This document shows positions 50,583 through 61,580 of a stretch of DNA of 64,000 nt, piece after piece. The translations under genes were made by a program, and so were the position numbers. The DNA is taken from positions 9,982,001 through 10,046,000 of the forward strand of contig NW_025963891.1 in the NCBI RefSeq assembly GCF_023055435.1, in the 5' to 3' direction. The notes below the pieces were generated by a model. That model did not search any database. It was not told where the DNA came from and was given only the letters and a program-made list of their open reading frames with translations. The stretch's first letter is position 1, and each line of letters starts with the position of its first letter. This stretch comes from Haliotis rufescens. Taxonomy: Eukaryota.

Positions 50583-51579
50583 CTGTTGACTGGCTTTACA
50601 GTTTCATGCAACAGGGTAACCTTTGGTTCCCTGGGGTTGATTTTATCATGAGATGAGCTTCTTCCTATCCCATCTGGATGAGAATTCTTAAGGTTTGCAT
50701 TTGTAGACAGAGTTAATATCCTTTGACAAGCACAAGGGATACGTCTCGCAGACTGATTCCAAATGTGTCGGTGCTTGACAACCAACGGCACAAACTGCTG
50801 TCTAATAAAAAATGGCGCGCCTTTGATCTCGCCCTAAACCATGTTAGAATTCAATGGAACCTAGTGTATGTTTATGGAATCTCCGATTAAGTGATCACTG
50901 GAGCTTATATATATGAACAATTATTGTAAATAGCAAAAAAAGGTAGGTGTCCGTTTTCCGGAAACCTTCCAGATACCTTCCCACTTTGAATCCTACCTGG
51001 AAATATTCCGGCAACCTTTGTTGTTCAATTTAGTGTGAAACACATACAAAATATTTTTGAAAATTATCAAGAAGACTGAAAATATCCCGAAGGTTTCCGA
51101 AAGGTATTCAGATGCAAGTTTTGTTCTTGTTTTGTTTCTTGTAAATAATGTTAGCCTAGGCATATCTGATAGCTGCAGTAATATTTCGTGACATTTTAGT
51201 TCGAAGTATCCCCTGAAAGCTGAGATTTCTGCGCATGTACTTTTGGAGAAGACAATTTTCAAACAACATTCATTAATATTTGTTTTGGGATCTTTAGTGT
51301 GTTTAATAAACGAAAGGAATTTCTAGTAGACGTAAGGACAAAAGGATGCACAGTTGTTAGTCGGCCTTAGTAAGTCGAATGTTTAGCAATTTTGGAAAAA
51401 GATTAACGCCTCTATGGGAAACAGTAAGAGTAGTGGTTACTGTAATTTTGTGGATTATTTTAGCAAATTGGCTAATCTAATTGGTATGGTGTTTATCTAT
51501 AACGGGTGCCCGGGTATGGTCGGGTAAAAGGGTGGTGGGTACCCGGGTAGTAAATTTAGACTCGTCCCAGCCCTAGTTT

Positions 51580-52010
51580 ACACCCTCTGGTAGTTTTATA
51601 GAATGTCAAAGAACTTTATCTGAACAGGCAATGAAAGCTTTATTTTCATTGTATAGAGTTATCAATAGTATATTTCTGTTTATATTCAGTACGAGTTATT
51701 TCAATCACTAATTCCACCCATATTGTGTTATGATTGTGAGGTGTGGGGTTTTACAGAGGCTTATGCAATGGAAAGATTTATTAAAAAGATATTAATTGTT
51801 AAATTATCTACAGCATAGACATATGTTTATGGTGAATTCGGGGTACTGCCATTGATAAGTGTGCGGTTTGTTAGATTTGTTAAATATTGGATGAAAATCT
51901 TAAAGTGTGATCCAAATAGATATAATAGTATTGTGTATAAAGCTATTTTAGAAATGATGTTAAGTCGTCCTAACGTAGAAAGTTAGGCATTTCTGGTAAA
52001 AAAAATATTA
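51580..52010 (+). mobile_element. Degenerate non-LTR retrotransposon (LINE) ORF2 fragment
   Basis: FTPSGSF...KALFSL...LFQSLIPPILCYDCEVWGF...YGEFG, post-RT region of LINE ORF2, with stops and frameshifts. Confidence 0.7.
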
Positions 52011-54065
52011 GTTTTGGAATCATCACAGAAACATCAGTGTCAACTATCCCGGAAAGGTGCAACAATACCATCGTTGGAGATTAGGAATGTGCCAATGGTG
52101 AGACATTGCCTTATATGTGATATGTGGATGTTGCGGTTGAAACTAATTGTTTATGGTTCGTCATCCCAGGCAGTGAGTACATCAATCGTGTTCCCGTTTT
52201 ACTGGACCTTTGTTTCCTCAAGTGAGCAAAATGCACACACACTGGAATCTTGCCTCCCGGGGTATTAGTTTGCAGGACAAGGGACCTACAAGGAAAGATG
52301 GGACCCTGGGACTTATGTGTACCTGTGAGGTGTCACTCGTTTTTAACTCAAAACAGAACACGACAGTCACGTGTTCACTCTACAAGAAACTGCCTTATAG
52401 AGAAAATTGTGTCATGCTTCACCAGGGCCACAAAGACATCCATACCACCGGGGCTTGAGATAAACCCCTGCATTATTCAGCTGTCAGTACAAGAGGTCAC
52501 TACAAGCCCCTTTTAATTGTCAAACCTGACCAACAAGACCATAGTTGTTTCCCCTAGGACAATCATCTTCGAGATACAATTAGTCCAGATTTAGAAAGTT
52601 GCACCCATCAACGTGGAACAGATTGCCACTGAAGTAAAACAGCACAAGCTGAAGAAGGAGAACATATCTCATAAGGTTTCTGAGGAACAGAAGAAGCTGA
52701 GTGAAGAGCTAATTCAGAAATACGGCGACGTGTTTTCTACCGGAGATTTAGATTTTGGCCACTACACTGTTTTTTAGGGATTGCCAGATCGTACACCAAT
52801 CAAGGAAAGAGATGGGCGCATACCACCATCTATGTTTCAGGAGTTGAAGGAATATCTCCAACAGTAACGTGCTTCTGGAATCATCAGACGTTCTTATATT
52901 ATAGCCCATGGGCCTCTTATTTAGTCCTTGTATGCAATGGTGATGGATCTTTTGGTTTGTGTATTGATTTTAGATCACTCAACCAGCGCACTGTAAAGAT
53001 GCCTACGCTTTACATGTTGAAGAAATCTTCAAGAGACTAGCAGTTTTCTCACTGTTATGGACATGCATTCGGGTTACCATTAAACAGAGACAGGGGAAGC
53101 TTACAAAGCAGGAATCGCCTTTGCAGTTGGACTTCTAGGGTTTTACGAGTACAATTTAAGCTAATGTCATTTGAACTCGTAAATGATCCAGATGGAATAT
53201 ATGTTTGGAAGTCTTCACTTGGAAATCTGCCTGATTTATCTGGATGATCTCATCGGGTTTCCTGATTTTAAAGAGCACTTGAAGGTTAAATAGACTTGGG
53301 GTCAAACTCAAGAATCAGCCATCAAGCAACTGAATGGCGCTTTGTCAAAGCGACCTTTTGTTGGATATGAGACTTATGGCTTTCTTTTGAAGTGCACACA
53401 GATCCACATTCGCAAAATTAGGTGCAATCCTCTACCTAGAAAAAGAAGGACAAAAGAGGGTCATCGCTTATAACGGCCAATAAAGCAATAAAGCCGAGAA
53501 GAACTGTCCATCAGACAAGTTGGAGTTGCTGGAATTATAAAGGGCAGTGATTGACTACGACCACCTCTACAGAAATCAGTTAACTGTAATAACGGACAAC
53601 AACCTTTCACAAACGTCTTGAGTTCACCAAAATTGGATGCTACAAGACACAGGTGGATTGTAGCTCTTTCCTTATTCAACTTTGATATTAAGTATCATTC
53701 AGGTAAATGTAACGCAGATGCTGGTATGCTCTTCGGGTTGTCACAAGAAGACGAGAGAGAGGTGAGGTGAGGTGAAATGGGGTTTAATGTCGCGTCCAAG
53801 ATTATTGGACTTATATATCGACGTGCATGTACGTGTGTGTTTGTGTGGCTGATTGTACTAGTCCGGACTGATGCCGATTTATAGTGCTAGCATTTTTACA
53901 TGAATACCCTACTCAGACACAGAAAACTGAGAGAGAGACGATGGTTGCTACATCTGTAAAGGTGATCTGCAATACTTGTCCAACATCCAGAGTTTATGCT
54001 TCGCAGATGAACTTATTGCAGACGTTGAACACAGGAACAACACAACTTGTTTCACTCTAGTCACT
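52010..54065 (+). mobile_element. Degenerate Ty3/Gypsy LTR-retrotransposon pol relic
   Basis: Fragmentary frames: KYGDVFS.GDLD.GH, RIPPSMFQELKEYLQ..GIIRRS.SPWAS, DGSFGLCIDFRSLNQRT (RT); LGAILY..KRVIAY, TDNN, KLDATRHRWIVALS.FNFDIKY.SGKCNADA (RNase H). Confidence 0.85.
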
Positions 54066-56384
54066 CTACAGGAAGACTATCTTGATGTTCATATTTTGCA
54101 CTTCATCTCGGTGTTTTTTATGGTGAACCGCAGGGTTATTGGAGTAATATTAACAGGCTTTTCAGGTGCCTGTCGTGAACCTGACATACAGAATATAAGG
54201 CTAGTGTTGCTATGAACGAAGTAAAACAGTAATATGTGAAAGATGTGTAAAATACTTACTAAGTATGGTATATGTTGAGTGTTTGTATTATTGTATTACA
54301 CCTGTTTTCTGCATTATTTCAGAACCTCGTGAATACACATGTCAGAAAGAAATTTCTTTCCTCTTTTATTCAATCTATGCCAATCATGTGTCTGCGTATA
54401 ATATTTTGTCGTATTTCTAATTCATGTATTCCACACATGGTAGTGCGGCTGTGTTTATAGTATATTTATTTATTCAGGACTATTCACTGCATTTTTTCAT
54501 TGTATGAGGTTCTGCCTTGCGTCCCTGAGAATAAGTATAATATATATTATGTTGTATTATTTATGCATGATTTATTAGAATGTGTTTTATCTAGGAGGAT
54601 TTGTTAAAGTCTGATTGTTTGTCAGTTATTTTGCTTGTTTGTTTGTTATTTAACGCCGCATTCAGCAATATTCCAGCTTTATGACGGCGTTCTGTTAATA
54701 ATCGATAATTACAAAGCAGTATTTATTTTTTCCTTTAAGTAATGACATTGGTTTGGCTTTGTCATGGCAATGTTTTACACAGACACTTTCTTGAGGTAAC
54801 ATAAGAATAAAATAATACTACATTATCCCTACGGATATTTGTGTTACATCATAGAGAAATAAGAAATAGGTCAATGAAATAAGTTAAATACACCAACACA
54901 CATAAACACTATGACAAAAACGATGTAAAAGCACCAATCAACAATAAGTGAGAAAAGAAAATGGAAATATGGGAGGCATAAATTAAAAGGTTCTCAAGTT
55001 AGACAAATGTGGTAGATCTAGACAATAATAACACATGGTTTCATAGTTAAGGAAACGAATACTGACTGGTACGAATGATTGACGAGCTCAATTTTGTGTC
55101 CTTTGTATTTGTTTAAAACAGACAGATCCCCACACCAGCAGTGGATCGGAAAGTGAACGTTAACATACTTTGTATAAAGATATAAAACAAGGATGGAAAT
55201 AGTGGGATCAATATTAAAATCTTAAGCGACAAGGACATTATAATCTTTGTCGGACCTTTTTATGTACCAAAAACATGTGTATTTACTTCAGGGAACGTAT
55301 CAATAGGAGAAATTGTTGCTTACAGTGAGACTAATCTTTATGTACATTGTACTTGCTTATTATTTTCTTATATTAAAAGGATGATAGAAAATGTGTCACA
55401 TGTAACAGAAATACGAGTACAAATGACTAAAATCTATATTGTTCATAATGATGAATTTATTTCATGAATGCTAAAATCTTAGAATCGTAGAACAGCATCA
55501 TCTCTACGACAGACAAGATTGATACTGGTACGATTGATCATTGACTTAATATTGTGCAGCTTGTTAGTTGTTTGTGTAAACCCAATTTGATTGCAAACAC
55601 TGATTGACATATTGTCTTATAGTTTTCCAAAGAAGAAGCATTGAATGATTGTTTACAGAACTTAATTGAACGAAAATTGTTTTAATGGTACCAGTTGTTT
55701 TATATCTCTTTCAAAACAAAACCAGACACATTATCATGGCCACACGCACGAACACTGAGTTGGCTAAAATAACTCATAACATCATTTTTTGTTATCACCA
55801 AATTTTGTTTTGTATCTTTAATACTTTTCACTCGCGAAGGTTTTTGTCGTTATTTGGTTTCGAAACTTTAGCTCTATACAAAGATCTTATAATTTCATGC
55901 ATAACAGTTTTTTTAACAGATTTAACTTTCATGATCGCCGCTACAAAAAAAACTCGCTTTGTAATCCAGGGCTTATTGTTGGGATAGATCTTGATTGTCT
56001 TAACAGGTACAATAGAGCCAACGCAAAAGGTTATATGTCACTGTGGGTCAAGGTCAAAATATAAAGATGTAAAACTCAGAGTAAACCTATAAAAGGCTAT
56101 AAAAGTTATCCCATATAAAATGAACCTACTCCATCAAAGATACATTACATTATTTCAATGATTTTTGTTGGCAGCCTATACCGAGACAGCCTACTACCGT
56201 AACGGCAACTCGTATACAATATACTACTCCAAAAAAATAAAAGAACATCCAATGGTTTCGAATTACCGTAGTTAAGCTGTCATACCATGATAGATTAACT
56301 GGAGTAATATGTAGGAATCGGATGTTCTTTAACTTCTTTTCGTTAGTGTGTGTCAAAACGTTACTCATTTTATGACCTTCCACC

Positions 56385-56648
56385 GACCCGTGAAGATTCC
56401 CGTGTAGAATAGGTCTTCAGCAACCCATGCTTGCCGTAAAAGGTGACTATACTTGTCGTAAAAGGCGACAAACGGGATCGCGTGGTCAGGCTCGCTGACT
56501 TGGCTGATGCATGTCATCGATCCCAATTGCGTGGATCGATGCTCATGATATTAATCACTGGATTGTCTGGTCCAGACTCGATAATTTACAGACCGCCGTC
56601 ATATAGCTGGAATACTGCTGAGTGCGATTAAACAACAAACCAACAAAC
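56385..56648 (+). mobile_element. SINE with GTCGTAAGAGGCGACTAA (Nin-domain-like) core
   Basis: Consensus gacccgtgaaga...cttcagcaacccatg...ggattgtctggtccagactcg...gctggaata...aaacaacaaacc. Other copies: 46889-47150 (+), 38163-38417 (-, unit-4 specific), 4648-4860, 16053-16247, 27241-27457, 38565-38762 (-), plus partials at 2250-2352 and 4083-4195. Confidence 0.75.
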
Positions 56649-57172
56649 CATCTGACGCTCACTATTCTAAAGAAAGAACAATGGTAGGTTGATTAAAATC
56701 TACGTTATGATAGTTGCACAGAAAATCGTTTAATCCTCAAAACTAAAATGAACCTATTTGATTACATCGATGTCTGCAACCACTTATTTGACGCTCCCTA
56801 CCAGTGCTTATCACACATTCATTAGGAGAAGCTATTTACACAATAATCAAGACATGAAGTCAGTCTCTGTGTACTTACTTTGTTTCTACAAAGAGAATCG
56901 ATTCACCAGACAATTTGCAGTCACAAACTATTAAACGTGTATTAAATATATCGGCATGTATTCTACCAGTTATATCAAGAACGGTTACTTTGATCTTTTC
57001 TTCTCAGTAGCATGGCGTTTAGCATTTTAGGAAATCAAAATACATTCTCTTCTATTTATTTGCTGTATGTTGGTCATATCATATCCCAAGGACTAGAAAG
57101 CTAGTTGTAATTCAGTCAATATTTATCAACGTTAACTGTGTTTACTACGTCATCGATGTGGGGAAATGTTAA

Positions 57173-59269
57173 CCCCCTGGATGCCAAGTTATATTTCTGG
57201 CGCACATTTTCATAAGATTTGAAAAGTGGACGTTGTAAGAAAATTCGGTTTACTTGGTCTACATCCGACTATAAAATGACGCAGGGATGTAGAATATCAA
57301 ATTTCCATTTTGTTGGTATAAAAATGAACTGGTAGGAAAACAGAAAGTGCTAAGTTTTGCCCGAGAGTTTGTTATACGTAAAAAAATCCAGCTAATTTCG
57401 CCACTTCTTATCGAATACCAATAAAATTACTTTCCAATGATTTATTTTTTATTTAACATCTTGATGGAAACTGTGAGCTGACAATATACTGCCTAATGTC
57501 TGAACGACGTGATGATAAATGAAATGGATGTGTACGCTTATGGTGGACGTTGTACATTCGATTTGAAAAAAAGCTTGCCATAAAGGAAGAAAATCGATTC
57601 AGCTATGACGTTAAAGACGACAGGCAGGTATACACAAGCACAAATAAAAAGGGGCACAACCCTGCTATGCTTTGAACTAGTCCATTCTAACTCAGATGAG
57701 AGTTTGCTGTGCATCAAAATAATAAGGTTTTGTATTTTCTGGGTTCACTATGTACCAATCTATACGAAACACAGGCATTGATAATGAAACCGTGAACGTT
57801 TAGGTATTGTAAAAAAATCGTAAGAAATGATGAAATCGTACTACATAAAAAGGGAAGTAAAGGGGAAAGCGATGTCCCTATCTAGAGGGTAAATTAGTCT
57901 TCAGATTGCCCCACTGACAAAAACAAAAACACAGACTATTTCAAAACAAGCAAACATATTTTTAATATAGGCCATGTGTTTGTTCATTATCATGTGTTTA
58001 TTTTTCTTCGTCTCATATATAAGAGATGTAATAACCGGCGACGATATAACCGGAAAGGATTTTATAAAAACTATCCCATATAGCGGAAAGTTCTCTTCGG
58101 CGTTAGTGTTTGCGTAATTTCGAAACCACTCAAAACGATTCCGGGGTTGTTGTTGTCCCACTGTCCCACTGTCTTTTTAGGGGTGACCGACGCTCTATGG
58201 ACACACCATGATTTCAATGAATAGAAGTATGAACAAACATGCAGTCATGTTTTTTTTTATTTATATCGTATTTGATTTCACATGATTTCCATATCACAGC
58301 ACATGAACATGATTGAATTTCACAATCAATATTCTAATATCACAACAGTTTTTAATGTCTCAACATCAAATTTAAAATACAACTCGACAATTTATAATAA
58401 ACCAACATGACATTTCATGATCATCACAAACGTACAAAATTGGCCACAGCATCTGCAAATTCAATTGCTGACTTTCTTCCCTCACGTAAGTGTCTCTTTT
58501 CTGCATCAAGTCTGGTCTCAAGATGTCGATACTTAGATCTCCTGGGTCTAAGCATACCCCCACCTACAAGCTGCAGGATACTGGCCTTGGTGTAGGCTTG
58601 TTCTGTCCTAAAAAAGTCATTAATTCTGTAGATGTTGGGGTGGGGACTGCCCATGATGGAGGTGAGCTTGAAGTGCCAGCCCTCTACGTGGTTGGTCGTT
58701 CTTGGGCCGACGGTGTCGTGGTTATTCCAGGTGCTTCGTCCATGATCGCCCTCCACCAAAATTTCAGTCACATCGTCAGTAAATCGGAGAACTCTGGCAT
58801 CATGGAGAGGGGCACTTTCGTTACGGCTATACTCATAACACGCAGAAGTGTACATTAGTGAACACGGTCACTCATATTATAAGAGCCTGGCATAAGTGCT
58901 AATTGGTGAACACGGTTCGATCTGGCAGGTGGGTGAACTTAACTCACCCACCAGCACCCCTACCAATAGTGTACCCAAACCAATCACTCTATTCTTCTAC
59001 GCCTGACTGGGTTTGTTGTTATAAGAAATGTTGGGAAACCGGGGGCACCCGATTAAATACATGACAGATACCCGTGATCATTAATATCCTTTTTTTTGTA
59101 ATTGCATTCATTTTCAATAAATGTGCTTCGGTCGTCATATCACAGACCAGATAATTTGCCTCAGAATTCACAACTGTGAATTGTGTGAATGATGTATTTT
59201 AAATATTATTCGACTTCCATGTGAGGGTTGATGAGAAAGGATACATATATCCCTGTGCCATACAGGGGG
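57173..59269 (-). mobile_element. DNA transposon with TTAA target duplication and CCCCCTG termini, carrying a MULE-type transposase C-terminal fragment (58424-58855)
   Basis: ttaa|ccccctggatgcca at 57169 and tgccatacaggggg|ttaa ending 59273 are inverted repeats (16/18 match including TTAA). Internal ORF has W...RTTNHVEGWH..L......HPNIY..I..F..EQ, the motif C-terminal to Mutator-like DDE domains. The paralogous empty site is near 49267. Confidence 0.75.
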
Positions 59270-59394
59270 TTAATGGAAGTGTTAAGAGCGTTATCCGCAA
59301 CACTCTTTCATGACCTGCATAAACCGATCGATCACCTTTATTATAAGCTTCTAGTCACCACTGTTCAGACAAGGGAGACGAGTCAGAGGAAATA

Positions 59395-60594
59395 ATGGCT
59401 GTGAAAGTGTTCAAACGTGTCACGAGCATTTTTTTCGGCACTATTGTTCTCGTACAAATTCACGGGAAGATGCTTGCTGGACAAGGGGGACTTTTAAAAC
59501 ACCTTCTTGAAAGCTACAATCAAGAGGTTTTTCAAACAAATGAAGTGTTGGATATTGGAATATATTTTTCCCTATCCCAAATAGTTGAACTTGATGAACG
59601 GCGACAATCAGTCACCACCAGTGGATGGTTCACGTTCCAGTGGGTGGATGATTCCTTAAAGTGGAACGTTACAGATTTCAATGGTATAGAGAAAATATAT
59701 CTATCTAGTCAAACAATCTGGACCCCTGATTTACTGCTCTTAAATTCCGTCAAAGGAATGAAGCTTTTCAATGACCCACAAGTACCTTTATGCGTGGAAC
59801 ACACTGGATTAGTAGAATGGGACCACGGTGATCTCTTCCAGAGTCAGTGCGACTTTGATATTGTCCATTTTCCGTTTGATTCTCAGATTTGCAATCTTGT
59901 TCTATCAACCTGGGTTTCAAGGTCGGACAAAGTTAAGTTAACACCACTTCCGCATCAATTGGATACCTATACTACGAGTGGGAATGGATTATGGCAATTA
60001 AGAAATATAACAACATTTCTAAAGGAACTTCAGTACCCTCGACTAATTGTAGAACTGACCCTGAAACGCCGACCATCATATTACGTCTACTACCTGATAA
60101 TCCCCATCACGCTTCTATCTCTTCTCAGCTCCCTGGTGTTTGCTCTGTCCACAGAGTACGGGGACAAAGTGGCTCTGTCCATGACGGTTCTACTCTCCTT
60201 CGGCGTGTTCCTGACTCAGATGACCACAGACATGCCAAAAACGTCCCGACAGACGTCCTACCTCACCATCTACCTGACCGCTCTGCTCACCCTAAGCTCT
60301 CTCTCTGTGGCCATGATGATCCTCATTCTCAGGATCTACAAGCGTCAAGGAAAGGTGCCCAAAGTGCTGCAGAAATGGGTTGATCTCTGGAAATGTTTTT
60401 CGTCAGATCAAAAGCAGACTGCTGCTGTAGATCAAGATCATGCGGGTGACGTAAATGCCAAGGTGAGCACAGAGGATCCATCCTGGAAGGATGTGTCTGC
60501 CACGCTTGAAGCCATGTGTCTGAGGTTATTCCTCTTCATGAATATCAGTCTCGGCATCGTTCTCTTTACTATACTCATAGTTTTAACAAATTGA
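59395..60594 (+). CDS. Intronless Cys-loop ligand-gated ion channel subunit, nAChR-like non-alpha, paralogue 2 (399 aa)
   Basis: Same architecture as 49395-50582 (CDFDIVHFPFDSQIC, GDKVALSMTVLLS). About 90% amino-acid identity by manual alignment, with a 4-aa insertion in the M3-M4 loop. Confidence 0.96.
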   Translation: MAVKVFKRVTSIFFGTIVLVQIHGKMLAGQGGLLKHLLESYNQEVFQTNEVLDIGIYFSLSQIVELDERRQSVTTSGWFTFQWVDDSLKWNVTDFNGIEKIYLSSQTIWTPDLLLLNSVKGMKLFNDPQVPLCVEHTGLVEWDHGDLFQSQCDFDIVHFPFDSQICNLVLSTWVSRSDKVKLTPLPHQLDTYTTSGNGLWQLRNITTFLKELQYPRLIVELTLKRRPSYYVYYLIIPITLLSLLSSLVFALSTEYGDKVALSMTVLLSFGVFLTQMTTDMPKTSRQTSYLTIYLTALLTLSSLSVAMMILILRIYKRQGKVPKVLQKWVDLWKCFSSDQKQTAAVDQDHAGDVNAKVSTEDPSWKDVSATLEAMCLRLFLFMNISLGIVLFTILIVLTN

Positions 60595-61137
60595 CTGTTG
60601 ACTGGCTTTACCGTTTCATGCAACAGGGTAACATTTGGTTCCCTGGAGTTGATTTTATCATGATATGAGCTTCTTCCTATCCCATCTGGATGAGAATTCT
60701 TAAGGTTTGTATTTGTAGACAGAGTTAATATCCTTTGACAAGCACAAGGGATACCTCTCGCAGACTGATTCCAAATGTGTCGGTGCTTGACAACCAACGG
60801 CACAAACTGCTGTCTAATAAAAAGAAGGCGCGCCTTTGATCTCGCCTTGAACCATGTTAGAATTCAATTGAACCTAGCAATTTCTAATAGACGTAAGGAC
60901 AAACAGGATGCACAGTTGTTAGCTGGCCTTAGTGAGTCGAATGTTTAGCAATTTTGGAAAAAGATTAACGCCTCTATGGGAAATAGTAAGAGTAGTGGAT
61001 ACTGTAATTTTGTGGATTATTTTAGTAAATTGGCTAATCCAATCGGTATGGTGTTTATCTATAACGGGTACCCGGGTATGGTCGGGTAATAGGGTGGTGG
61101 GTACCCGGGTAGTAAATTTGGACTCGCCCCAGCCCTT

Positions 61138-61580
61138 GTTTACACCCTCTGGTAGTTTTATAGAATGTCAAAGAACTTTATCTGAACAGGCAATGAAAGC
61201 TTTATTTTCATTGTATAGAGTTATCAATAGTCATAAGTATATTTCTGTTGATATCCAGTACCAGTTATTTCAATCACTAATTCAACCGATATTGTGTTAT
61301 GAATGTGAGGTGTGGGGTTTTACGGAGGCCTATGCAATTGAAAGATTTATTAAAAAGATATTAAGTGTGAAATTATCTACACTATAGGCTTATGTTTATG
61401 GCGAATTCGGGGTACTACCCTACTACCAAGTGTGCGTTTTTTTAGAATTGTTAAATATTGGATGAAATCTTAAATAAAATAGATAAGTTAGTATTGTGTA
61501 CAAAGCTCTTTTAGAAATGATGTTAAGTCATCCTAATATAGAAAGTTGGGTTCTTTCTGGTAAGAAAAATATTAAACCAA
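61138..61580 (+). mobile_element. Degenerate LINE ORF2 fragment (duplicate)
   Basis: Second half of ORF 60932-61387: FTPSGSFIECQRTLSEQAMKALFSLY...LFQSLIQPILCYECEVWGF. Confidence 0.7.

Noticed and set aside
50438-50791. Antisense ORFs 50438-50791 and 60438-60803, and alternative-frame ORF 59991-60383
   Set aside because: They shadow the receptor CDS and 3' UTR. Their presence in both copies is explained by recent duplication, and they have no recognisable domain.
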